DNA of 62,506 nucleotides, counting the filler. It is 6 parts of 6 records of this genome, joined end to end, with 100 filler letters (N's around TTAATTAATTAA, not from the genome) between each part and the next. Parts side by side here need not be neighbours in the genome. Positions count along the whole stretch, not along the records: positions 38,505 to 45,000 come from SRR31156797_1761; positions 45,101 to 53,746 come from SRR31156797_1763; 4 more parts are not named here. One strand, written 5' to 3'. Positions 40,203 through 50,556 of this stretch are shown piece after piece. How positions within the stretch are numbered: position 1 is the first letter of the stretch; every line of letters begins with the position of its first letter. The notes beneath the pieces were generated by a model. It worked only from the letters and a program-made list of their open reading frames with translations. It was not told where the DNA came from and did no database searches. The position numbers and the translations under genes are program-made.

Positions 40203-42356
40203 TCAGAAAGCGTACCGCAATTCAACAAAGAAATTGATCCCCGGCATGGGCAGGTCATCAGGGAGCATCCCCGCGCCGCCTGTATAGGTATACTGTTTGT
40301 TGAAGAGATTAAGGACCGATCCCCGGACCTCAAGACCCTTCAGCTCCTTGAGGAAGTTTTTGGCGATCATTGTGGCGTTCATCAGCACATAGTCTCCAGG
40401 GTCATCCCGAGGGTCATCCTCTGCCCGGGTCCAGCCTCCCCGGTAAAGCAGGTAGGCATTCAGATTGAGATACCGGTTCAGTCGAACATTTGCCTTGAGT
40501 GTCCCTAATCGCTCGGGTTGCAACCAGAAGTGAGTTGTTTCCTGGCCTAGGGACGGAGTCCGCGCTTTCAGGCTCAAATGAGTGTAGTTCATGCCGAGGT
40601 AGGTCCCTCTGCCAAGGTCATATTTCATTTGTAGGGTAACACCTTGACTGGTTTGTTCACCAACGTTCATATGCTTAAAGCTTGGGGGACTGCCTGTCAA
40701 TTCAGGAAAGATGTAATCCTTTGCATTCTTGTAAAAAGCCGTTACCTGTCCCGTAAAAGGAAAGAAGCCGGCCCCAAGACTCAATTCATAGGAGTCCTCG
40801 GTCTCAGGCTTAAGGTTTGGGTTTCCCGTGGCTCGATTATAAAGTTCCATAAAGGTCGGAGCGCGGAAGGCCTTGCCATAGAGAAATTTTGTATTAAAGT
40901 TCCGGGCGAACTCCCAGTTGATCCCCACACGCGGGCTGATCTCGCCGCCGAAGTCGCTGTAATGGTCATACCGGCCCCCTATGGTGAGACGGAGGTCTTC
41001 CATGATATCCCAGATATCTTCCACATAAACGGCCCACACGTTTCTTTTCTTGGTGGGGAAAACATATTCATTCGGATAATCCTGTACAGAGGGAAGAGGG
41101 ATGCACACACCTGGGGTGGATGTTGGTTTGTAATTCGCTTTTGTAGTGATATCGTAAACTTTCTGTTCCTCGAAGGTGATCCCGCCCACAATGGTGTTGG
41201 CGTTCACGATCTCGTATGTGGCCTGGGCCTCTGCGCCCGTACGGCTTTGCTTCATTTCATATTCAACAAATCTGTTTTCCGACGTGATAATCGGCCCTGC
41301 CGGGGTACGAAACCAAGACCCCTTGGGCCAAATCTGCTGGAGTGTCTTATCTGATTCCTGGTTTCGATAGACCTTGGCCATGAGGTCCAACCCTTCGGTT
41401 ATTGTTGCATCATAGCTGAGATTGAGATAATATTGTTGAGTATCCCAGTTGCTCATTTCGTCCAATCTTGGCCAATAGCCAAAGGGCAGATCCTTGTTCC
41501 TGTCAATATATTTTCCGTCAAATTTGAACCCCTTGTACTTCAGGGTCAATTGTGCATCCCATCGATACAAGTCACCCCTCATATTCCCCGGCGCAAGGGA
41601 TGCGTGGGTCCCATATTGCTCATCCAATAAGCTTTGTTGGTCTCGATCCACGTGACCGCGAAAACCGTCCGAAATGCGGTAGTCTAAATAAGCTGCCACC
41701 TCGAGGCCATGAAAGGTTTTGCCAAAGAGCACATTTCCCTCCCAGGTGTTGAAGCTCCCACCGCGCCCCGTGAGCTGCAGCCCGTCCACGTCTTCTGCCT
41801 CTTTTGTGATGATATTGATAATCCCGGCCATGGCCCCTGATCCATAGAGGGCGGACGCGGGACCGCTAACAAACTCGATCCGCTTGACATTGTCCAGATC
41901 GAGGGTGGAATAAGATACAATTCCATTTCCATTATAAACGTCATTCACAAGATGGCTGTTGACCATGAAAGAAACCCTATTACCAGCGCCGCCTGAGTCC
42001 CCTCTCACATAGAAGTAGGTTAAACCCTTATACCCTTTCCGGACAAACCATCCCGGGACGGTTTGGACCACATCTGAAAGATATCTTGCCCCCATCTGAC
42101 GGATCTGTTTGTCCGTTACCACATGAATGGTACCGGGCGCCTTCTCTATCCTTTGGGGAATTTTCGAGGGGGTGATGACATAGGTCTCTTCCTTGAGGTA
42201 TTTCAGCTCCTCCTCCAACTCCGCATCCGGTTTGAGGGCGTCTTCCAGGGTTTCTTCAGGAAAAGCGCTGCATGGATGAAGCAGAAAAAGGATCGGTAGG
42301 CATAGGATAACTGCCCAGCGAATCATCTTTGATCTTGAATGGAAGAGTGTCGTCAT
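40203..42356 (-). CDS. TonB-dependent outer-membrane receptor
   Basis: Signal peptide, plug (VIT.SK..Q....AP, RIE..GP.SALYG.GA.AG.INIITK), LTIGGRYD, AFRAPT..ELY, NP.LKPE, C-terminal Phe; AAGGAGGT RBS. Confidence 0.95.
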   Translation of the reverse strand: MTTLFHSRSKMIRWAVILCLPILFLLHPCSAFPEETLEDALKPDAELEEELKYLKEETYVITPSKIPQRIEKAPGTIHVVTDKQIRQMGARYLSDVVQTVPGWFVRKGYKGLTYFYVRGDSGGAGNRVSFMVNSHLVNDVYNGNGIVSYSTLDLDNVKRIEFVSGPASALYGSGAMAGIINIITKEAEDVDGLQLTGRGGSFNTWEGNVLFGKTFHGLEVAAYLDYRISDGFRGHVDRDQQSLLDEQYGTHASLAPGNMRGDLYRWDAQLTLKYKGFKFDGKYIDRNKDLPFGYWPRLDEMSNWDTQQYYLNLSYDATITEGLDLMAKVYRNQESDKTLQQIWPKGSWFRTPAGPIITSENRFVEYEMKQSRTGAEAQATYEIVNANTIVGGITFEEQKVYDITTKANYKPTSTPGVCIPLPSVQDYPNEYVFPTKKRNVWAVYVEDIWDIMEDLRLTIGGRYDHYSDFGGEISPRVGINWEFARNFNTKFLYGKAFRAPTFMELYNRATGNPNLKPETEDSYELSLGAGFFPFTGQVTAFYKNAKDYIFPELTGSPPSFKHMNVGEQTSQGVTLQMKYDLGRGTYLGMNYTHLSLKARTPSLGQETTHFWLQPERLGTLKANVRLNRYLNLNAYLLYRGGWTRAEDDPRDDPGDYVLMNATMIAKNFLKELKGLEVRGSVLNLFNKQYTYTGGAGMLPDDLPMPGINFFVELRYAF

Positions 42357-42391
42357 AGTGCACCTCCTTTCGTATATATGCCAGAGGGAAC

Positions 42392-43306
42392 CTATTCAAT
42401 GATCCGGTTGACCACGCTCAGGGCCATCTCCCCATATTTCAGGCCGTACTCATTGGCTTTCTTCAGGTTCAGGATAATGTGAGAACCCGCGGGAAGCTGC
42501 ACCTTCTTTTTCACCACGTCACCGGATAGTACCTCACGGGATATGGCGGCCGCCTGCCGGCCCGTGGTCGGGTTGTCAACGGAGACGATTAACACGGCCC
42601 CATATTCAGCAAAAGCATCGTGGTAGGATAAGATGGGTTTCTTATGGACATCACACTGTTTAAAGAGTTCTATCAGGCTATCTTTATCTGACATGACCAC
42701 GGGGTCTGATATGAGCCAGAGTGCGTCGATTTCACCCAGCAAATCCTTGAGCGCCGGAAGGGTATCCCTCCTTTTGGACAGAGACCTTCCCGTGATCTCG
42801 ACCCCCATCTCCTTGGCCGCTTCCCGGGCCGTGTTGAACCAGTGTTTGTTATATTTTTCGCTGTAGAGCACTCCGATTCTCTTTACCTCCGGAAACATAT
42901 AGCGATAGAGGGTGATCTCCATTTCCGGGTTGAGTTCGTTGGATACGCCATAGGTCTTTTTGGCCGCGGGCAGGCGCCGCCAGTTGATAATGGAGGAAAA
43001 GACGATGTTCCTTTCGCTGATATATTTGTTGGCAAGGAGATACGCCTTTGTCCCGATGCAATAGACCAGGTCCGGATATTCATCGTAGAGCAGGTCTTCG
43101 ATCTCCGTGAGCTTCCATTTCTTTGCTCCTAAGTCAATTTCCACAATCGGGCTTGAAATAGACTCCCTGAATTCCTCCTGGGCCACTCTGTATTTATCCA
43201 CCGAGGCATTGGAGTTGATGAGCATAATCTTTGGCCCTTCATCGGCAAATAAAATGCCGAGGAGGAGAATCAGAATCAGAAAGCATATGAGTTTAAAGGT
43301 CTTCAT
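42392..43306 (-). CDS. ABC_sub_bind-like periplasmic binding protein
   Basis: Signal peptide; P.VKRIGVLYS, DALWLISDP.V, GA.L....D....GRQAA, NLK.A..YGL. Confidence 0.8.
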   Translation of the reverse strand: MKTFKLICFLILILLLGILFADEGPKIMLINSNASVDKYRVAQEEFRESISSPIVEIDLGAKKWKLTEIEDLLYDEYPDLVYCIGTKAYLLANKYISERNIVFSSIINWRRLPAAKKTYGVSNELNPEMEITLYRYMFPEVKRIGVLYSEKYNKHWFNTAREAAKEMGVEITGRSLSKRRDTLPALKDLLGEIDALWLISDPVVMSDKDSLIELFKQCDVHKKPILSYHDAFAEYGAVLIVSVDNPTTGRQAAAISREVLSGDVVKKKVQLPAGSHIILNLKKANEYGLKYGEMALSVVNRIIE

Positions 43307-44179
43307 TCAGCCCTCCAGTTTGGATCGGTCCGATGCATCCAGCTCCTGCCAGCCGTCCAGCCCCAACATCCTGATTTTTTTTCTGCCATCGGAATCCATG
43401 GACATGTTCTTGATCATACCCACCATTTTCTTCCGGTTTGCCGTAAAACCTTGAGGCAACGCCACGATCAGTAGAAGGGTCTCCTCACCCTCTGCCAGGA
43501 CTTTCATCTTCCTGTAAAGCCCTGGATTTATCCCTCTTAATTCATCGAAGGCGTTCCTGGAGGCAAAGGCCAGTTTGGCCATGCCAAAACCCACGGACAT
43601 GAGGGCGTCGATATCTTTTGGCACGGTCAGTACCCTGAAAGGATGTTCGACATATTTTTTAAGCATCCGTTTGAGGACGCTGACGGTATACTGAAGACTG
43701 CTGGCCGATGCGATGAGTCCGGGCTTGGCGGCAGCAATATCCGGGGCCTTTTCATCCGCCACCAGTATTTTCCTCTGGTATTTCTTTCCGTTCCGCACAC
43801 CGGTCAGGGCCGGCATGAGGGAATATTCCTTGTGGATGTGGCGATAATGCCAACTGGAAAGAAGCAAAAGGCAGTTTTCCTTGCCTTTCACATGTTTTTC
43901 GAAGACATCCCTGGCACTGAAGGGCTGGAATTCGTAGGGGCCGAATCTGGAGAGGTATCGGTCAAATTCCATCTTGAGGGATTTGAAGTTGTTGATGTTG
44001 GTTTCGGAGCTGTAGAAATAGATCTTGATCTTGCCTTCACCCGAAGAAATCACACAGAAAATCGCCAGGCCTATAAGGAGAATGGCTGTCGCTGAAAGGA
44101 AAATTAAGTATCGTCTATTTTGATGGCCGCCGTTTGTCATATCATCAAATACATTTGGATGGAGGGTGGTTCCATACAA
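43307..44179 (-). CDS. PhnD/SsuA-like periplasmic binding protein (alternative start 44140)
   Basis: N-terminal hydrophobic helix; VPKDIDALMSV.FG..A motif, C-terminal G...I.MLG.DGW. Confidence 0.6.
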   Translation of the reverse strand: MYGTTLHPNVFDDMTNGGHQNRRYLIFLSATAILLIGLAIFCVISSGEGKIKIYFYSSETNINNFKSLKMEFDRYLSRFGPYEFQPFSARDVFEKHVKGKENCLLLLSSWHYRHIHKEYSLMPALTGVRNGKKYQRKILVADEKAPDIAAAKPGLIASASSLQYTVSVLKRMLKKYVEHPFRVLTVPKDIDALMSVGFGMAKLAFASRNAFDELRGINPGLYRKMKVLAEGEETLLLIVALPQGFTANRKKMVGMIKNMSMDSDGRKKIRMLGLDGWQELDASDRSKLEG

Positions 44180-44284
44180 ATTACCGCAGGATTCTATGTC
44201 CGCATTTTGGACATTTTACTTAGACTCCTTACCTCATGGTTGGGTATCAGAGCTCGCCTATGTGCCATTCATCCTACAAATCCT

Positions 44285-44337
44285 AAACAAGAAAAGCCGA
44301 ACTGCATTGACGTGACCTTGACGTTGTCACACTCGGC
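44285..44337 (-). terminator. riboswitch expression platform (terminator overlapping the aptamer 3' end)
   Basis: GCCGAG-UGU-GAC...GUC-aau-GCA-g-UUCGGC followed by UUUUCUUGUUU. Confidence 0.6.
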
Positions 44338-44445
44338 AGCCCGGCTATCTTTTGGAAACAAGATACCTTGAATGGGGTCGACAGGATATATTAAGACCCG
44401 TGGCTTTCCGTCCTCATCTCACGATGGGTTTGGCCCTATATAGAA
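44328..44445 (-). ncRNA. c-di-GMP-I (GEMM-I) riboswitch aptamer
   Basis: Minus strand reads GGGCCAAACCCAUC-GUGA-GAUGAGGACGGAAAGCCACGGGUCUU...AAGAUAGCCGGGCUGCCGAG: AAACC, GNRA-capped P2, GACG(C/G)AAAGCC junction and AGCCGGGCUGCCGA 3' end match the GEMM-I consensus; lies in the operon leader. Confidence 0.88.
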
Positions 44446-45000
44446 AAAGATTTGAGCTCCCAACAGGCAAACTATGCCCCATTGGGAGTAGGCATATGCA
44501 TTTTGAGGCGTTCTTTCATAAGGTAACCTCCTGAGTAGAGGTTGGATGGTTGGTTGGAATCCTACAATTAAATGATGAAACGGTAAAAGACGGCTTCTGT
44601 CAAGAAAAATCGACTGCCGCAACTTCCCTGGAACCAGTTGAGTCGACGATCAAGGCCCTTTTGGCTTGGGCGGAAGTTGAAAAGTGCATCGGCGGAAATA
44701 ACTGAAAATTTTCGAGGTCCGTATCCCCGAATCACATGCCCCATCTTAATGCGGCGGTATGCACGGGGTTTTCCCCCTTCCAGCCGCGGTTTTGAAGACG
44801 CTTTTTCCACCGAATAAAAGGGACTGAAGAAAGTGCCTTGAACGTACCGGAAAACCCCTTCTTTTCCACTTAAAGACAGGGGCTTTCCATACTTTAAGCG
44901 TCAGTCGGCATCCCACCCATTGCGGATCAAAGTAAAGCCTTCTTTCCAGACTTCGTCCAGGGTAGGGGATAAATCCCTCCAGATCCGGGTGGCAGCGGCC

Positions 45001-45100
45001 NNNNNNNNNNNNNNNNNNNNNNNNNNNNNNNNNNNNNNNNNNNNTTAATTAATTAANNNNNNNNNNNNNNNNNNNNNNNNNNNNNNNNNNNNNNNNNNNN
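45001..45100. other. artificial contig-joining spacer
   Basis: N44-TTAATTAATTAA-N44. Confidence 0.98.
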
Positions 45101-45121
45101 GTATAAGAAACTAATTAAAAT

Positions 45122-46891
45122 TTATATAAAGTAATTTAAATCATCATTTAATTTTTCAACTAATTGATTCAAGTCAAATATTGTATCTTGATTTGATAAA
45201 AGTGCCGTTTTAATATTATTAGAAACTTCTGTTGTTTCCGTACTTAAACCTTCTATTTCAGTGGAATTATCAGTGATACCACTAATTGCAATAGTTATTT
45301 CATCCGAAGCCAGTAATTGCTCATTTAGCGAGATCGAAATCTCCTCTATCTCTTCACTATCTTTTGTTGTATACTCTGTGATTGTTACTATATCACTTTC
45401 TACAACAGCAGATAACTCTATTCCTTTTTCAACTTTTTCTTGAACTATACTACTATTTTCATTTACTTTATTTACTTTTATCTGAATATCATTTATCAGT
45501 TCCGATATTTTTTCAGTTTCGGCATTAGTTTTCTCGGCTAATTTTCTGATCTCATCTGCTACCACAGAAAAACCTCTTCCGGCTTCTCCTGCACGGGCTG
45601 CTTCAATAGCAGCATTCAAAGCCAGTAAATTCGTTTGTTCAGATATGCTGTTTATTGTAGTAATTATATCTCCTATATTATCTGAAATATTTTTAAGTTT
45701 TTCTATCTCCTGATCTGTAATATTGACACTCTCTTTTATATTCCACATGCTTTCTTTCATAGTGTTAATATTTCTCGTACTGCTCTCACTAACCTTCAGT
45801 GTTTTATCAAAAGAATCTTTTGTTCTGAATACACCTTCACTGATTAATTTAATAGTTGCCGCAATCTCCTCTAACGCTGCTAAACTCTGTTGTGAAGAAG
45901 CTGTTTGATCACTGACATTATCCAATATATTTTCTATCGAAAAATTCAAATGAACAACACCCTTTTCTACCATTAAATCCATAGCTGAATAATGTTCACT
46001 TTTTTCTCCGTTAATTAATATATCAATGGATTTATTTAATAAGTCATTTGACGAAACCACTTCAACAGATAAATCTTTAATGTTATTTAGTACATTACGG
46101 ATTTTTGATTGAAATAACCTAAAATCATTAGCCAACTCTCCTATTTCATCTTTAGAATTAATTGAAAGCTCATGGCTAAGATCTCCATTTGAAAACATCT
46201 TAATATTCTCTTGAAGTAAATTAAGAGATTTTGTAATTAATTTTCTAAATCCGAAATCAAACATAACTATTGCAATAATTAGTATTATTAATGCAAATAC
46301 AAGCATGAAACTTAGCGTACTTCTTAAAATTCTATTTCCGGTTTCCATAGCCAAACTCTTATCAATTCCTATAAAATAGATTCCTATTACTTCACCAGCT
46401 TCATTATTAATAGGTGTGTAATTTGTAAAATATGGAAAACCCAATATACGCGCCTCTCCGTTATATACTTTATTATTCATTATAGGTTTATACGCAGCTG
46501 AATATTTCCCTAAATTAGTTCCCACTGCTCTTTCACCATCTGCTGTTTTTATGTTTGTCGCAACTCTATAAAAATCATCTTTTTCTTTTTTAAATATAGT
46601 TACCACTGTTCCCAATTCTTCCGCTACCTTGTCAACTAAATAATAGTTATCTTTAACAGCTCTGTTTTTAGAGCCCAATAATTCGCCGTCTACCAGATCT
46701 AATTCTCCATAATAATCATTAATATACATTCTAAAAGAATTCAAATCCCCGTTAATTTTCTCCTGATATAAGTCTTTCGAAAGTGTAGTTACCAATTTAA
46801 GCGACCTGTTCGTTACAATTAACATCATCGATACTAAAAAAATCATAAATAAAACTGTTATAAATAGCGTCATTTTTGTTTTTATCTTCAT
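45122..46891 (-). CDS. methyl-accepting chemotaxis protein with Cache-type sensor
   Basis: TIF....DFYRVATNI...GERAVGT.L sensor motif, HAMP, MA signature. Confidence 0.95.
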   Translation of the reverse strand: MKIKTKMTLFITVLFMIFLVSMMLIVTNRSLKLVTTLSKDLYQEKINGDLNSFRMYINDYYGELDLVDGELLGSKNRAVKDNYYLVDKVAEELGTVVTIFKKEKDDFYRVATNIKTADGERAVGTNLGKYSAAYKPIMNNKVYNGEARILGFPYFTNYTPINNEAGEVIGIYFIGIDKSLAMETGNRILRSTLSFMLVFALIILIIAIVMFDFGFRKLITKSLNLLQENIKMFSNGDLSHELSINSKDEIGELANDFRLFQSKIRNVLNNIKDLSVEVVSSNDLLNKSIDILINGEKSEHYSAMDLMVEKGVVHLNFSIENILDNVSDQTASSQQSLAALEEIAATIKLISEGVFRTKDSFDKTLKVSESSTRNINTMKESMWNIKESVNITDQEIEKLKNISDNIGDIITTINSISEQTNLLALNAAIEAARAGEAGRGFSVVADEIRKLAEKTNAETEKISELINDIQIKVNKVNENSSIVQEKVEKGIELSAVVESDIVTITEYTTKDSEEIEEISISLNEQLLASDEITIAISGITDNSTEIEGLSTETTEVSNNIKTALLSNQDTIFDLNQLVEKLNDDLNYFI

Positions 46892-46919
46892 AATTCAACC
46901 CCTTTTTTTAAATAAAATA

Positions 46920-47249
46920 TTACTCTTTTAAACTTTTGTTTCTATTATCAATTAACAACTTGTACTTTGAAATAAAATTATTCACTTTAATATTACTAAT
47001 TAGTTTTATTTTGTCTAACTTAATCTGGAGATCATTAATTATAGTTCCTCTTTCATTCTCAATATAGCCAATCTTTATTGAGAAGAGTGAATGGCATTTA
47101 GGACAAAAATCATTTGTTGATAACAAATGTTTTATTCCATTTTTATTATTCTCCATTTTAATAATTGATGTTATATGAACAAAATCATAAAGCCTCATCT
47201 CTTTTTCACACTTTAAACAACTTATAATAATACCGTTATAATTACTCAT
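46920..47249 (-). CDS. small hypothetical protein, possible zinc ribbon
   Basis: CLKC and CPKC pairs; AAGGAG RBS. Confidence 0.6.
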   Translation of the reverse strand: MSNYNGIIISCLKCEKEMRLYDFVHITSIIKMENNKNGIKHLLSTNDFCPKCHSLFSIKIGYIENERGTIINDLQIKLDKIKLISNIKVNNFISKYKLLIDNRNKSLKE

Positions 47250-48018
47250 TTTATTCTCCTTATATTATCTTAACAGTAATCAATTCACTCCAATTTCCCT
47301 CGCCAATGTCATCGCCCTCTAAAAGCTAATAAGGTTATACTTGTAAAATATTAGTAAAGCAAGTGTAAATTTATTAACATTAACCACATATATAATTACT
47401 ATATTTTCTGTATATCTATATTTTTAGTCATATCTGTTTAAGATATTGAAAATATTAGAAAAGAATATTTTTATTAAATTTTATATAAAAATTAAAAATT
47501 ATGATTTTTTTTAAAAGTTTATGATTTTTATAGAAATGTTAAAAAAAGTGGGAATTCTCCTGATTTCATTACATCATTTTTTTTACATTAATTTACTATT
47601 CCAGTAATTATTAGTGTTGCAAACGTAAAAATCAAATACTATAAAGCAGAAAAAATTAAAAATCATATAAATTTCAATATTAATTATCAAAAGATAACAC
47701 TTGGTGTTTTTCAGTTTTTTTAATTTCTCCTGAAATAATAGCAAAACTTATTACATTTTTCTTACAAAATATACATCTGTCATTAACATATTTATAGTAT
47801 TATAATTGCAAGGGAAATTTTGGGAATAACTTATCTTATTATCATAAATAAAAAGGGAGATGGGAAATGTCTAGTTTTATAAAAGTTCTTTTAAGTTTGA
47901 AGTTTATACTGTATGTCTATGCTATATTTATTAGTAATCACTTGGCATATAATAAGTTTAAAAAATACGACCTACACGCTTTAGATGAATTTTTGAGCTC
48001 ATCTAATTAATAAAAAAT

Positions 48019-48061
48019 AAAAAAGATCAGAATGGAATTAATTTTCCGTTCTGATCTTTTT
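48019..48061 (-). terminator. intrinsic terminator
   Basis: AAAAAGATCAGAATGGAA/TTCCGTTCTGATCTTTTT stem with A/T tails, downstream of the SBP gene. Confidence 0.75.
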
Positions 48062-48114
48062 AGTGATTAAAGGTATTTCTGCAATACTTTTAGTTCGTGC
48101 CCACTGTAGCAGAT

Positions 48115-48885
48115 TTAATTATCATAATATCCATTGTCAAATTTAGCTTTGATCTTACTATATGTTCCATTATTATAAATCATATCCAGACCCTCATTAA
48201 ATTTATCTCTGATTCTTTCATTATCAGAATCTACTTTATTCAAAATCAAATAATACTTCAGAGTAGCTAGTGGTTTAGAATGTGACATTATTTTCTCTCT
48301 TTGAGCTTCTGTTAAATTTTTTCTCATATAATATTTAGCAACATTTACTTCGTAAGGTAGTGCATCGATTCTTTTTCCTAATAATCTTTTGAATAACAAA
48401 TCATATCCGCCAACTCTTTCTAAATTTAGCATGTTTTCATAACCAATAAATGCAGGATATTTTGCATGAAGTGTCAAGCCAATCCTTGCCCATTTTAAGT
48501 CCTCCATTTTATTCCAAGTTACAGGTTTTGATTTTAATGAGAAAAGAAGCTGATCATCTTCCACAACTGGTTTTGAGTAGTAAAAGTTTTTTTCTCTATC
48601 TTCAGTTTTGACCCACAAAATAGTACCGTTAATTTTATTCCCTGACATATCTTTTCCTGTTTCCGCATATACAAATGTTCTTTTCCAAGGTAAATACCGA
48701 TATTCAACATCAAAATCAACAGCATTAAACGCAGCACTAACTATCGCAGTTCCAAATCCTCCGGAATTTAATTTTTTCGAAAGATACGGTGGCCATTCAC
48801 CTGTCGTTAATCGTATTGTTTCGCCGAAACTAGTTATTCCAATTACAAGTAATAAGATTGCTAACATTTTTTTCATAACTGTCAC
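48115..48885 (-). CDS. family 3 (amino-acid type) solute-binding protein
   Basis: Signal peptide, TGEWPPY, LPWKR, L..KRIDA, FNEGL..I..NGTY..I. Confidence 0.88.
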   Translation of the reverse strand: MTVMKKMLAILLLVIGITSFGETIRLTTGEWPPYLSKKLNSGGFGTAIVSAAFNAVDFDVEYRYLPWKRTFVYAETGKDMSGNKINGTILWVKTEDREKNFYYSKPVVEDDQLLFSLKSKPVTWNKMEDLKWARIGLTLHAKYPAFIGYENMLNLERVGGYDLLFKRLLGKRIDALPYEVNVAKYYMRKNLTEAQREKIMSHSKPLATLKYYLILNKVDSDNERIRDKFNEGLDMIYNNGTYSKIKAKFDNGYYDN

Positions 48886-48930
48886 TCCTTTACTTAATCC
48901 TCATTATTCATAATAGATTTATAATATTTT

Positions 48931-50424
48931 TTATCTTGAGTAAAGAGTCGTTAGACTTTTCAATTTTTTAGCTATTCTATTATTTATATTTTCTTTTTGA
49001 TATCTCCATTGCCAGTTCCCGTCAGATTTTCCAGGTATATTCATTCTTCCTTCTGATGTAGTTCCCAATATATCTTGTAAAGGAATAATAGCTAATTTTG
49101 AATTAGAGTTAAATGTAGCCTGAATGAAATCCCAAGATACATTATCTGACTTTGTGTTAATTTTCAAATAATCTCTTACCTGCGTCTTCTCTTCGTCGCT
49201 TATAGAACTGAACCAGCCATTTGCTGTATCATTATCATGAGTACCAGTATATACTACTGAATTTGTTACGCATTTATGCAGTGCATGATCACTGTCACCA
49301 GTCCCATCAAAAGCAAATTGCAGTATTTTCATACCAGGGAAATCAAAATGATCTCTAAGCTCTACAACATCAGGAGTAATTATCCCTAAATCCTCAGCTA
49401 TAATTGGTAATTTACCTAATTCATTCTCTATTGCTTTAAATAGTTCTTTACCGGGACTTTTGAACCATTCACCATTAATTGCGGTAGTCTCATCTGCTGG
49501 AACTCCCCAATAAGCAGCAAAACCTCTAAAGTGATCTACTCTGATAATATCAGCTACTTTTAAATTAGCTTTGATTCTATCAATCCACCACTTAAAGCCG
49601 TTTGCCTGCATTTTGTCCCAATCATATAAAGGATTCCCCCATAATTGACCAGTTTCACTGAAGTAATCAGGTGGAACTCCTGCAACTTTATACGGTCTTC
49701 TCTCTTCATCAAATAGGAATAGTTCAGAGTTTGCCCATGCATCAGAACTATCAAGAGAAACGAATATAGGAATATCTCCAACAATTTTTATACCATTTTC
49801 ATTTGCATAATTTTTAATTTTTCCCCACTGCATGAAGAAAATAAATTGAACAAATTTTCTGAAAGCAATATCATCCGAAAGCATTTCACTATACTTCTCA
49901 ATCGCTTGATTTTCTCTAAATCTGATCTCTCTATCATCCCAATCAACCCAACACTTTTCATCAAAATGTGTTTTTATAGCTCTGTATAAAGCATAATCTT
50001 CCAACCAGTTTTTATTTTCATTACAAAATCTCTCAAATTTATTATTTAAAAGTAAATCGTTTTTTAGTTTATAATTATTAAATGCCTTTTTTAATAACGG
50101 AGTTTTTACATTTAATACTTTTCCATAATCTACATTTGACGAATCAAATTCTTCATTCAAGTTTAAATCATCATTTGATAATAGACCCATTTTTTTTAGT
50201 TCCTCTAAACTAATAAGTAATAGGTTTCCAGCAAAAGCTGAGAAACATTGATAAGGAGAATCTCCATATCCTGTAGGCCCTAAAGGGAATATTTGCCAAA
50301 GTTTCTGACCTGAATTGATTAAAAAATCAATAAATTTATATGCTTCATTTCCTAAATCTCCAATACCATAATTACCTGGTAATGAACTTGGGTGTAATAA
50401 AATCCCACTACTTCTTTCAAACAT
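48931..50424 (-). CDS. malQ: 4-alpha-glucanotransferase (amylomaltase, GH77)
   Basis: RSSGILLHPSSLP, SPY, GVPPDYFS.TGQLWGNPLY, RVDHFRG, AEDLG, YTGTHDN. Confidence 0.97.
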   Translation of the reverse strand: MFERSSGILLHPSSLPGNYGIGDLGNEAYKFIDFLINSGQKLWQIFPLGPTGYGDSPYQCFSAFAGNLLLISLEELKKMGLLSNDDLNLNEEFDSSNVDYGKVLNVKTPLLKKAFNNYKLKNDLLLNNKFERFCNENKNWLEDYALYRAIKTHFDEKCWVDWDDREIRFRENQAIEKYSEMLSDDIAFRKFVQFIFFMQWGKIKNYANENGIKIVGDIPIFVSLDSSDAWANSELFLFDEERRPYKVAGVPPDYFSETGQLWGNPLYDWDKMQANGFKWWIDRIKANLKVADIIRVDHFRGFAAYWGVPADETTAINGEWFKSPGKELFKAIENELGKLPIIAEDLGIITPDVVELRDHFDFPGMKILQFAFDGTGDSDHALHKCVTNSVVYTGTHDNDTANGWFSSISDEEKTQVRDYLKINTKSDNVSWDFIQATFNSNSKLAIIPLQDILGTTSEGRMNIPGKSDGNWQWRYQKENINNRIAKKLKSLTTLYSR

Positions 50425-50440
50425 AAAACTCCTCCATATC

Positions 50441-50545
50441 TATATAAGTTTTAATTAGTTTTTCATACAGCATCGAGTTAAACACCCAACGTTTCTGAGG
50501 GTTTTTAGCGAAGAGGTGTATTAATTAAAAACTAAAACTTATATA
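50441..50545. repeat. 105-bp imperfect palindrome (MITE-like or structured leader)
   Basis: Perfect 13-bp terminal inverted repeat TATATAAGTTTTA/TAAAACTTATATA plus inner ATACA/TGTAT and ACCC/GGGT pairs. Confidence 0.55.
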
Positions 50546-50556
50546 TTTTTCTTTGC

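Noticed and set aside
38514-44371. Long plus-strand ORFs in contig D (e.g. 39747-40508, 40644-41354, 43643-44095)
   Set aside because: Antisense shadows of well-supported minus-strand genes in GC-rich DNA
44352-45000. Small ORFs 44352-44534, 44419-44622, 44568-44810 and a possible gene tail ending at 44901
   Set aside because: No recognisable motifs; two overlap the riboswitch; the tail is too short to call
47250-48018. Long AT-rich intergenic region as ncRNA, origin or CRISPR array
   Set aside because: No regular repeats, conserved RNA motif or credible ORF seen
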